DNA from: Guillardia theta CCMP2712
Lineage: Eukaryota; Protista; Cryptophyta
Direction of reading: 5' to 3'
NCBI RefSeq assembly: GCF_000315625.1
Contig: NW_005434624.1
Coordinates: 182,559-246,558, forward strand
DNA length: 64,000 nucleotides
Part shown: positions 1-11,445 of the stretch, one piece after another
Layout of the letters: every line of letters starts with the position of its first letter
How positions within the stretch are numbered: the stretch's first letter is position 1
The notes under the pieces: generated by a model
Database searches by the model: none
What the model was told of the DNA's origin: nothing
Seen by the model: only the letters and a program-made list of their open reading frames with translations
Position numbers and translations under genes: made by a program

Positions 1-770
1 TGGGGAGAGGAGGGAGGCGCAGTGATGACACGTCGTTCAGATTATCAACACGCTCTTTATTGTTTTGGAGAAAGGTGCGAGTCTGCGCTCCGAGCCAGTT
101 GCAACTGCTGACATACTCTGTTGTTGTTGTCAGTTAAGACAACAGGAACCAAGGAGGGCAACACGGTTCACCATATCGTGGTAGCCATCACCTGCATCGA
201 AGCTCGTCAAGTGGCTGCTTGACAAGCTTGCAGATCGCGGACAACACGGCGAAGATGAATGCTTCGCTCTTCGACGCCTACGGTGACGGCAAGCTCGTTG
301 CGTCTTCTCGTGTAATTTGACCTCAGGCGAGCTTGTCCAACCTGGCGATATCATCAGATTGACGGGAGGGTAAAAGGCGAGGGAACAAGAATCCCAGATA
401 ACCCACTCGCTCCAGGTTCTGCTCGGCATATCAGCACGTTAGTACGCTCTATGCGGGAAAGCTTGGGAAGATTGAGAGGCTGGGCGAGTAAGATTCTCTC
501 TCCCTCCCCCGCACTCTCTTTCGCCCTCCCTGCTCCCTGCTCCCTGCTCCCCCCTCCTGCATCCTCCCCCCTCCCCCAGTCCCCCCTCCCTCCTCTTCAT
601 GGTTGTGAGTTTGTTGCAGGTTCTGCTTTCCCTTCACCGACAAACAAGACGGCAGCGACAACATCAGCAAGATGCAATGGCAGTCAATTGGCAACGATCA
701 GTGGTGATGCGATGTTGCGAGATGTGTTGCGCATGCCATCATTGCAACTTTTGCTGTCCTGTATAGAATG
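1..770 (-). CDS. Partial multi-exon hypothetical gene running off the window's left edge
   Basis: Short coding-like segments on the - strand separated by candidate GT..AG introns (e.g. ...YVSSCNWLGAQTRTFLQNNKERVDNLND near 35-120). No family recognised; boundaries uncertain. Confidence 0.25.
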
Positions 771-1203
771 ATGATGACAAAAGCGATGACGATGTTGTTC
801 TTGTGATTGATGATGAGGAGGAGGAGGAGGTTAAAGTCCTGGTGTTGTTTGTTCATGCAAGTAGTGATGGAAATCGATTGGATTGTGATGTTCATTTTGC
901 GAGTTTTCGTTTTTGCTGTTGACAGCATCCCCTAATCCTGACATGCTCAGGATCCCCAAACCTCCCGGCAGCTCTCAATCCCCTGTACCTTGAAGACCCC
1001 CACACTCCCGGCCTTGTATTCTAACTTCATCACAAGCTAGCATTGTGCCCGAAAATGCATCAACGCCAAGTTGAATGAATCCTGCTGACTTCACATGTGA
1101 ACACGTCGGGTGTACGGAGGGGAGGGTTCATAGGAGGCATCTTTGAGATGTTATTTCAACGCATCTTGTCTTCAACAACACATTTCAACTTGATCCCGCA
1201 TGC

Positions 1204-4200
1204 TCAGCCGTGCACCGTTGACGAGCTTCTCGTGAGTCCTTCCCATCCTATTCTCAGCAGATACGAAGGCATCCAGGCGCCCATCTGAATGCTGGCGATC
1301 AACTTCGTCACGAAGTCTTTGGCTGATTCCATGCAGTCCATCGGCAAGGAGAACAGCTGCATCATCAACATCAGACGGCAACTCGAGCACGAGACCATCG
1401 GCTTCACCTGGGTGCGGTCGTACCCCGGGGTCATCGCCCCCCCTGCCAACAACTTCAGCTCAACTGGAGAGGGAGGGCAGCCAGTACATTTGATGTTCCT
1501 TTCAATCTTGTACAGCAGCTTGCGTAGCAGGTCGGGTTTGTTCTGCCTAGTCGCCTGTATCACATCGTCTGCCATCTTTTCCAACACTGCCCTGCTGAGA
1601 TTCCTGGAGAAGAACGTCTGCAAGGAGCCAACTGTCAGGGATGACACAAGGGATGAAAGGCCGTGGCCCGAGACCTTCTTCAGTCCGTACACAAGAAACT
1701 GGGTGAGCAAGATTATGTCTCTCTCAGTAGAGTCTCTTCCCTTGCACCCCTTCTGGTCGTCCTCAAAGATCCTGCACCGCTCCAGTATGAAGTTGACATC
1801 TATCGCGCCCTGCTGAGACAAATGTTGTCCATAGTGAGCATGATCAGCAGAGGCAGCAGCGGGGGAGCTTGTTTGACCCCTGTTCCAACTCTCATCTTCA
1901 CCCACATCCCTAGACGCGTTCAGCTTCATTTCATCCTCGAGCTCTACTTTGATAGAGCTTCCCTTGGCAAGGCCCGCCTCCTGCTCCGACCTCTTTCTCT
2001 TCTTGCTCGAGGCGGTGCCGTGCTTGCCAGGCATCGCTGTCGGTGTGGAGCATTTGGGGTCGCCCTCCTCCATCTCATCCTCTTCTGGGAAGAAAGTCAC
2101 GGTGATATCCTGAGCAGCATCCAAGTCAGCCCAACGACCAAGACTAGCTGCCCGAGCTACCTCATCGGCTGCCCGACTTCGATCGAGCTTCTTGGCGCTG
2201 GAGTACCCTTCAGATCTCCCAGGCTCTGTTGGTCTGATAGAGGCTCTAGAGACACTCTTGGAAGACTCGCGTTTCTTGGAAGATGATGATGGCAGAGAGT
2301 TTCTAGCCAACTCTTCCGCCTCCGGCACCTCCGGGAAGAGCCGTTTCCTCGAGGCGGACTTGGACGCTGCCTTAGCAGAGCCTCGATGGTGCTCGTCACC
2401 ATCCTCCTTGGTTTTGATCGGAAGGAGTTTTCCATCTCGGTATTCGCACTTGAATGCCGCAAGGGCATCGCTGAGTGCCATGTTCATGGATTCAATCACT
2501 ATGCCATCTAGTTGCGATGTCTGTCTGTTCGCATCAGGTCAGGAATGATCGATACCATCACTGAAGACAACCTCTTCGACCAATCCTCGATACTTTGGCA
2601 AACGTTGTTACACTCTACCTGAAGCGACAGACTGCCGTCCTGAAACAGCTTCTCGTCATGGAGGAGCATGATCAGGTCGAAAGCAGGTGGGTACCTTCGA
2701 TCTCGATAGATGCAGAAATCCCCTTGTCGCCTACAAACATTATCAGCTTTCATCTAGGAGGTCTCTGACTTACCTCTCCGTCACGACCGCTGAATGTCAC
2801 GGGCTTGCCCGCTAGTTTCTTTTCCATCTTCATCCATCGCTGCGAGGTGGGAGGGAGCGATCGCTCCCCGTTCTCACGGATCACGTCATGATAGGCCTTC
2901 GAATACGAACCCTCGTTGGTCTGGCGTTGGGTTTCAGCGTTGGAGGTAGCGGCTCCAACCCCATTCCCGCCTCCTTGGATGCTCCCTGCCATTCCGTTGA
3001 GCTGCTGTGCCGATCCCAGGGAAGGAGACAGCTGGTCGACGGGTCTAGCAACGGCTCGAAACGTACGAGCACTGGCCCTCCAAGATGAGAAGAAGATGTG
3101 ATTCAACGTCGGCGGCCACCACGAACCTTCCCTCCCCTCAAACGTCATTGCCCTCTCCGCTCTCTTTCCTCCATCCTCCTGGAGAGGCGTCGCACCATTA
3201 GATAGATGATCGATATCGATAGTGTCTACGTGATTTGACGCTCTAGCATCCACTTTTTCTGAGTTTCGCTCGTCGTTCCCTGCGAGCTCCCGCTGTTTCT
3301 CACCTCGACTATGGTCATCAACAAACAGAGGTGATCTGGCAGACGACATCGCGCTCACGTCGACAAGCTTGAGGGGAGCGTGCCATCGACTGTAGGAGAT
3401 CGAGCCTTTGACAACTTCGGAGACAGCCTCTCGTCCCAGTGCGGAATGCTTCTGCAGCAATTGAACGCACTGCGTCCATTTGTTCTCGCTCAATGGCCAC
3501 AGCATGGGCAGAGTCTGTGCATCAAACCCGACGGTATACTTCAAGTCTCCAGATCCATCAATTATCACCTTGTGATGAGACAGTATCCGAAAAGTGGGCG
3601 ACAATTTCGGGTAGCGAGAGGTCAGAAATTCCTTGAAGTCATGAATTTCCTCCTCTGAGGCAGTTGCCCAGTTGAGAAGCGTGCAAGCGTACCCTGACGC
3701 CGCTTCCTCGCTGATAAGAGATGACTGGCTGCTACCATTAGAGCGGAAGCAATCATCTTGTACAGGCTCATGGTTTGCACCCTCAACCTCCTCCCTTGGC
3801 TTCATTGGAGAGTGCTGTGCTGACAAAACTCTGTACCCGTTGTGCAGAGACAGCCTCACGTCTTCATTCGTCAGACCCAAATCTTGCACACGAAACAAGT
3901 CGGAGGAAGAGGCCCACTGAACTGTTCCAACTTTTGGTCCATGAACGAACTGGATCTGCACCGAGGTACCTAGGGAGGGAGTTGAGTCATTGGTTGGAAC
4001 CTCGAAGCAACAGTGTACCTTCATGTTTCCGAATCTGCATCACGTCCGCATCAAAATAATGCTCTGTGTGGTCGTCCAAGTACAGAACTGCCAAGACATT
4101 GTCTCCCACGCTCAGAGCATGCTCTTTGTCCAGCCTCGTCGATCGTCTCCGTAAGCAGCAAGGGGCTTGCACCCATTGGCACTTTTCTCGAACCATAACG

Positions 4201-4688
4201 TTACAATCCAACCTCTCCATCCATGACAGATCTTGAACACGCAGTGAAGGACTGATTCCCTTGGAGCTCCTGGGTTGGATTCGCTCGATGAGCTTACCAA
4301 AGTAGCTCAAGAAGCCTTCATCAGGGACCTGGAAGACGTTAGGATCCCTTGTGACGAGGCACCGCCCTTGGTTGTCCATGTACAGCAAGACGACATCATG
4401 CCATGAACCGTCGTCACATAGCGCCTCGAACAGAAGGTCGTTGAGAGCATTGCTCCTAGGAGACTTCGATGGCTCTCTCAGACTCGAGAAGGTTCTCTTC
4501 TCAGCGCACTTCTTCTTCCTCAGCATTCTTCCCGAAGCTGCCGGCTGCGGAGCCCTCGGCAGGGGCACGGCGAACTCATGGTCCTTGATCTTAGCCAAAG
4601 AGTCGCTCTCGTTCACGCGCTGCTCAGCATTTGAGCTGCCCAGTCCGTCCATCTCTACGTCGCGGTTTCCTAGAGGGTCTTGGGACAC
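1204..4688 (-). CDS. Multi-exon protein with N-terminal SAWADEE/tandem Tudor-like domain
   Basis: ORFs 3987-4688, 2750-4024, 2508-2753 and 1204-2499 join through short introns (e.g. a 49-nt GTACAC..CCCTAG intron giving KHEG|TSVQIQFVHG). The motifs FEALCDDGSWHDV, LRRRS, VGDNVLAVL and HYFDADV resemble plant SAWADEE (FEAKS.RDGAWYDV...RQRS...GDLILCF...LYFDAHV). Basic NLS-like SKKRKRS downstream. Confidence 0.6.
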
Positions 4689-5073
4689 AACGTGGAGGGT
4701 TGCCTGCCAATCACCTCCTCCTCCCCTCCCTCACGGCATGTGCAGCCATCATATCACGATCTCCTCTCTCTCTTCCTGGCACCTCACACCTCCTCTCTCC
4801 TCTCTCCTCCCTCTCCTCTCAGCCGCCGCCCTTGCATTGCCACCACCGCGTTCGCATGTTCCCGCCCAAAGGTGGTCAGACCGCCAAAGTATCCGAGGCT
4901 ATCCGTGATAGTATCCGTGAGTATCCGCAAGCATCCGGATATCACTGGATCTCCAGCAAATCTCTATGCGGGGGCTGCTGTGCGCGTCGCCCCCGTTAGG
5001 CTGGTGGGGAGGGGGGGGAGGGGCGCCCCTCGTCTACTGCGACTGCCATGCTGGCATGTAGCATCAAGTGACC

Positions 5074-6890
5074 ATGGGGGCTGGGTCGTCTGCACGCAAG
5101 CTGAAGGCGGAGAAGGCGGCGAGAGAGGAGGCAGAACGAAAGGCGTTGGCCGAGCTACAGTCACGACTGGATATGGAGAAGAAGATGCAGGAAGCGGCGG
5201 AGAGGTCGAGGAAGCTAGAGGAAGAGCTCGATGTGCTTCGAAGAGAGCTGGGTAAGATTAGACTGAATTCCCCCGGCAGCAGCTCTAGCCAGTCGTCTTG
5301 TCCGTGGACACCTTGCCGGTTGAAGAAGCAACTGACCGACCAGTTCGAGCTCAAGGAAGTAATTGTTCACCATGACGGAGAGAACTGTTACATACCCAAC
5401 CACCCTGACTTCAGGTACGGCTCAGTACGGGATCATGTCGCGACAATGATCGCTTCTTTGCACTGTACTCTCGATCCCGAGATCATCAAAGCGAGGATGG
5501 AGTACTTCTTCTACCTGAACAGAAAGGAAAGGAATCCTTTCCATCCTCACCTGAACTACTGGAACGACATGGACTCGCTGGGTGTGCATCTGGAAGCTGT
5601 TGGGTCGAAGAAAGGAGCTGTCGACACCAAGCTGAAGTTGCGGCTGAACTTGTTGAGCCAAGAGGACGGGAGCAATAGGATAGTCGTGCTGATCACAGGG
5701 GACAAAGACTTTATAGCAGAGCTTCTGAATCTTGGGAAGTCAGGCTTCTATGTTGTGCTGGTGCATCGCAACAACATAACCTCGACGAGAGTGATTGAGG
5801 AATCTTGCCACGTTGCCTTCGACTGCTGGGAAAAGATTCTGGTGGCAAGTCATCCCCACCTTTCGATCCATCAGAACTTTGTCAGGGTGTCCCACGACAA
5901 GTCAAGGGCAGTCGTGATGGAAGCCAGCAGGTCGTTCGATAAAAGAGTCAGGGTCCGCTTGATACATGAGGAGGAGGAAGATCACTTCCTGTCCGTTATG
6001 GGGGCCACGGACGTTGTATCGACCTGCGAGCAACTGAAGCAGATAGCAGAAACCATCGTTGTGATGCGGTTTGACATGTCTCAGAGTGAGCGGAAGCATG
6101 TCGTTAGCCTCTGTCAAGACGAGCCGTGGAGGAGAAGGTTCGAGAAGTCCAACGCCGTGTGCATCGAGCTGCTGCACAAGGAAGCTAAAGTAGGAGAGAC
6201 GAGTGAGAGTTTGGAGGAGACGGCGGCAGTCTCTGGCCTACAGTGCAACGTTGAGAGGGCAGTGAAGAAGCTGATGGCTCTGTCCAAGTCTGGCGAGCAG
6301 GAGCGGGGATCTAACGGCCATTCTCCAGCCACTGGTGAGTCTTCGGTGAGAAACAGGCGATCTCAGTCCAGAGAGGTCGAACTCGATGCTGACCAAGGGA
6401 TGGAAGCTAACCCCACCCCCACCAAGTTGTTCAGCAAAGGTCTTGAACTGTCAGTTTCCTGTCTCGTTCACTGACTGTGCTGTTCAGATTCTCCTGTACT
6501 GGATATCAACGGGCTGTTTGACCCGAGCCGGATACGAAGGCTTCCTCCAGAGAAGGCTGACGGTCAAGACCCAGTGATCAAGAAAGAGATGCAGGTGCCG
6601 GCAAGCCTGATTGGCCCGGTACTCGTGATGAGGCTTTCGTGGGTCACATTTCGTATAGATGACTCGCCATGGGCAGGTGATAATAGGTAGAAAACACATG
6701 AAACTTCGCTCGTTAGAAGCTGGAACAGGGACAAGCATTTTTGTGCCCAGGTCAGTCTTGAGCTTTTTTGGTCTTACAGAGGGAAGTCAGGGACGGCATT
6801 GACACAATCGTTCGCTTGAATGGAGCAGGAAAGGAGATTGTGGCGAAGAGCTGCAGCGACTCGTCGTGTCGGGAGATCATGAAGAAGTAA
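5074..6890 (+). CDS. NYN (PIN-like, LabA/DUF88/MARF1-type) endoribonuclease with probable C-terminal KH-like domain
   Basis: HDGENC, KGAVDTKL and LITGDKDF...GFYVVLVH are the NYN acidic motifs. A downstream exon at ~6676-6750 reads VIIGRKHMKLRSLEAGTGTSIFVP (KH-like). 3' splicing is approximate. Confidence 0.75.
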
Positions 6891-7149
6891 GTGGCATATG
6901 ATTCACGAGAAAGAATGGCTGATAGCTCTTCTAGCGAGTAGACAACGCCATCTCAATCATCAAGAATCTGGTCTTGACTGCGTGGAGTCGGAACTCACTG
7001 GGCTCACCTAGTAGCTCAAGCACTGAGGCTACCGTCGGCGGCGAGCATGCCGGAATGGCTCGAGTCATGCCGCATTGATGAGTGAGTCCGACTGAGCCTT
7101 CAGCAAGGGGCCTTATCATGACATTGCCTCCGATTGAATGAAAGTTTCA

Positions 7150-7622
7150 AGGGCCCGAGAGTCACCGCGTGCCGGCCGCCGGGACCGGGCCCGGTGCCCG
7201 GACGGCCGCCGTCACGGTCCGATCGGTACCGTACCGTGCCGTGAACGCCGTGACCGTCGTACGGCCGTGACCGGGCCCGGGGTGCAGTGCCGCGGCCGGC
7301 GGGCTAACTTCCCAGTGGTTCACTGAATGGTTCGGCCATCATCTGACTCTATCTGACTCTCGGCGAGTCGCGCGGCCTCAGTGCCGCCCCCGGGTTGAGG
7401 CGATGGTGTGCCTAACTGTAGTAAGCACGGTGCCGAGTCCCCGGTCCCGATCCGGCGTCGCCGGGCGAGGCCAGTGCGTCACGGTGCCAGGCTGGCAGGC
7501 CGCCCGGCCCGGCCGGCCCGGCCGGGCGGTGGCGGCGGGTCCGACCGTACGGTCCGATCCCGGAGTCCCCGGCCCTCCGAACTTCGGACAGGCTCGGCAC
7601 CCGCCCGGGCCGCCCGGCCCAG
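7150..7622. repeat. GC-rich palindromic-word island A
   Basis: Dense CCGG/GGCC/ACGGT/TCCGA/GAGTC/CAGTG words. GACCGTACGGTC palindrome near 7543. The 13-mer GATCGGACCGTAC is shared (reverse complement) with ~51011. Confidence 0.7.
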
Positions 7623-8075
7623 TCTACCCCACCTTCCTAGCGAGTCTGGCTGGACTTGCCACCCCTACCCCTTCAGATCCCATCCGCTCTAGGGGAATCG
7701 CAGCAGTTGTCCCACCCCCACCGAACCAAAGTACCCCCTGAATTGACTCCCGCCCCCACCACCCCTGTGTCATTTTGTGCTATCGCCTCCACCCTCTGTG
7801 ATCCAGCAAGGAAGCACTCAAATGCACCCCTGGTAATATACCCCTACCCCCAATTCTGGAATTCGGTACATAGTCTACCACCCTAGAGTTAAACTTTGTA
7901 CAAATCCACCCACCCTTGCAAAATGTAACCTACCCCACTGTGTGTGAATATCAACCCAACACACCCAGGATTTTCCCCAAAGAGTACCCTACCTTTTCAA
8001 CCCACTGCACTTCACGTCTGCGAAGTACCCCTTAATTTTCACCCTACCATATCTACTCTACTACCCCACCCACTG
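7623..8075. other. ACCCC/CTACC-rich non-coding tract upstream of the GPDH gene
   Basis: Repeated ACCCC, TACCC and CCACC words in otherwise non-repetitive sequence. Confidence 0.55.
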
Positions 8076-8692
8076 ATCATGTCCAGAACTTGCAATCCGA
8101 ATCTCAATGCAGCCTCCACTCCATTCTAGAAGCTCCTGCCGCCTGTTCCGCTCCTGTTTCCTTCTTGTCCACCATCCTCGACCAACCACCTTTCACCATC
8201 TTATGCTCGCACTTGTTTCCTCCTCCTGGGGTGCTTCATCGTTTTCCTCTCTCTCTCTCTCTCTTGCCGCCCAGCTGCTGCTCCGCTCCCTTGGGACCGT
8301 TCTCATGCCCCGCGATTTTGATTTCTTGCTCCTCGGTTTCTTTATTTGATGTATGCAAGGGCATTCAAATGCTGCAATTCATGCCAGTCGCAGTCTATCC
8401 CTTGCTCACGCCATGTATTCCTTGTCTTCTGAACACAGAACTAACATGTCTGATTTCTGTGCCTTTTTGGGATGAATTCCTCAAACAAAGTTTAGTCTCT
8501 TCCTGCTATCAAACGTTCATGTTGTATCTCTTTCATTTGTCACGTTCTTAAGCTGTCATCATCAGTTCTCCAGCCCACATCCATTTCTCATACTGCATGC
8601 AGGTGCACCTGTAGGTGCCGACTCCGAGCAAGCGTTAGAGGTCAGGAAGGGACAAGAGCCAATCGAAAGGAATCAAGAGAGAACGTCAGACG

Positions 8693-10495
8693 ATGAAGCG
8701 CTCAGATGGGATTCTACTTGGCTTGCTACTGCAATGCTCTTCCGTGGCAGCATTCTTGTCGACTACACTGATGAAAACCTCTCCTTCCCCCCTCCTTCGT
8801 TCCTCCTTCCTATCTTCAAGATCCCAGAGCCTCGGACTCCCACAGATCGCCCCTGCCCGCAGTTTGAGAGCCAGCATGGACAAGCTGCAGATGAAGGATG
8901 AGCAGGCCCCGCAGACCCCGCAGAACTCGGAACGAGTCACTGTTCTCGGAGGAGGGAGCTTTGGACTGGCCATGGCCTCCATTCTCGGCAAGAAGAAGTA
9001 CCCTGTCAAGATCTTGGTCCGCACGCAGGATGCAATGGACTCTATCAACATCCATCATCGCTCGTCGACCTACCTCAAGGACGTCACTCTCCCTGACTCC
9101 GTCACAGCAACCTGCGACAAGGAAGAAGCGTTGAAGGACGCCACCTTGATCATCCATGCTGTCCCCGTCCAGTACAGCCGCAAGTTCCTCAAGGAGATGG
9201 CCCCCTACGTTCCCAAGGACTGCCCCGTCATCTGCACCTCCAAGGGTATCGAGACTGGGACCCTGTGCCTCATGCAGGACATTCTGAGAGAGGAGCTGGG
9301 GGATTCCAGGGACTATGCGTTCCTTAGCGGACCCTCGTTTGCTCGGGAGATTGCCGTCGGGCTGGCGACAGCCGTCGTGGTAGCGAGTCAGTCGGACACA
9401 CTTACCAACAGAGCGGCTGAGATCTTCGGGTGCGAGAACTTCCGTGTCTTCACTAGCAAGGTCTCTGACCCGAGCTGCTTCACCGCTACTTGACCTGCTG
9501 ACTTCCTCTGCTCAAAGGACGTCATTGGCGTCGAGATTGGAGGAGCAGTGAAAAATGTGATCGCGATAGGTTATTGGCAGCGTTTCTGCATGCTTTCTTG
9601 CTGACTCGAGAAACTTTCTTGGCTGCAGCTGCTGGAATGTGCGAGGGCCTGGGGCTGGGAACGAACGCAGTTGCCGGCCTTGTAACGAGAGGATGCCTGG
9701 AAATGCAAACCCTGGGTAAGCTCGATGCGCCTTGGCAAGAGAAAGGGGTTTGAGAGAGTGTTTTTTTTTCAGCCCGAGCTGTTGGTGCGTCGCCTTCTAC
9801 TCTGATGGGATTGAGGTGAGAGGATCGTTGTGAGAAGACTCTAATAGTATCCGCCATTATCCTTGCTCGTTGTTGACGATCCTCTCCTATGAACTTACCG
9901 ACAAGATTACCCGAACGTTGACGTGGATTCTCAGTGGGGTTGGGGACACCTTCGGGACTTGCTTCGGGCCTCTCTCAAGTCGGTTGCACCTTGTAGCCTC
10001 TCCTCGATTAACGGATGGTCCTCAACAGGAAATCGTAACCTTGGCATCCGCCTGGGTCAGGGAGAGAAGTTGGAGGACATTCTCAGTAGCTCGACAGAGG
10101 TCAGTCGTTCTTGCAGTGACCAAGATCAACCAACATTTGCATGGGAAGGTGGCGGAGGGATACGCTACAGCGCTCTCCCTAGTGGAATTCCTTCTGACCA
10201 AGGTGCCACTAGCTCAACTTTCTCCTCCACTCTCCTGACTCAAACTACTTGCCAGATGCCCCGATCCTTCAGGATGGACCTCAAGTTTCCTATCTTGTTT
10301 GGCGTTGCAGAGGTCAACATATTCCTTTTCCTTCCATCCTCCTCAATTTCTCTTCACTTTCCCTCTTGTTTCCAGCATCCTTCTCAACCTAGCCTCATCC
10401 TCCTCGTTTCGCTGAAGTCTATGATTCAGGTGCTCAAGGGAGAGCGCAGCCCCCGCGAGGGTATGAAGGACCTCATGCTCATGCCGATCCGGTAG
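8693..10495 (+). CDS. gpsA: NAD(P)-dependent glycerol-3-phosphate dehydrogenase (GpsA-like), predicted plastid-targeted
   Basis: VLGGGSFGLAMA, HAVPVQ, SKGIE, LSGPSFA, then spliced GVEIGGAVKNVIAI, GVGDTFGTCFGPLSRNR and VAEGYAT. N-terminal signal peptide ends SVA-AF followed by a Ser/Arg-rich transit peptide. Confidence 0.92.
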
Positions 10496-11445
10496 GCCTA
10501 ATTCACTTCTTCCCCTTGTCCACGTTCTTCTCGCCTCTATTTCCCTCTTCCGATCGATTCAACCCTACTCTCCCTGCCTTCACTATCTCACGGCTGCGTT
10601 CAGCACCGAGATTTTCGATTACAGCTCCACTCCACGCATCCTCTTCCCCAAGGTGAGGACAGTGCTTGTCGACTCCTACCGCTCTGCCTGCTAACTTTCG
10701 AGCCAAGACCGTCAAGAAGAGGAGCGTTCGCAAGGTCCACTGGTGAGAGCTGATCTTATTCTGCTGTCCCTCACAACATGCAGAGTTGCAGCTGGCATGA
10801 AAGTACTCGTAGCTCCAAGACTGATTTCAACGTTGACCTCCCTCCCTCCACCGACACACTCCGACTATCTCCTCCCACACTGCGAACAGCTCGTCCTTGA
10901 CTCCGCCTCCCTCAGTCAGTTGGACCCTGGACGGCGAGGAGCAGGCCCACTTGGGCTCCAAGGAAGTGGAGAGGAGAAGAGCGGATCCTGCTATCTTATG
11001 ATTCCCGATGATCGTGTTTTGTACAAATCGTTTAATGGCACCCTGTGTGAGAAGGAGAGAGGGGCGGTTTCAGGGTGCGAGAGGAACATGGGAAGTTTCA
11101 GCCTCTGAGCAAGAAGTCACTGAGTGCTGCTGACCTCCTGGCGCGTGTCCTGCCGTCCTGTCCTCTCCGCTAGCTTCCTCCCCTCTGTTGCATGCTCACA
11201 TGTGTACGTAGAGATCTTTTCAACGGCTTGTCAACCCCCTCAAACTTCAGTCAGTCAGTCAGTCAGTACCCCTTCAGTCAGTACCACTACCCCTTTTTTC
11301 GATCCATATCCACCTCCCCTCATCACCTCTTTGGCAGTACAGATTCTATAACCCCTACCCCGTGGAATAGAGGACCGTGGCGAGTTACTACCCTGCCTGA
11401 TTGGACTACCCCACCCAGCAAGCATCCGATCTTTCTAACGTCGAC

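Noticed and set aside
7138-7741. Pro/Arg/Gly-rich ORFs in the GC islands (also 31280-31621, 42733-43107, 50875-51177, 59268-59574)
   Set aside because: Open only because of high GC; no domain or exon-like codon pattern.
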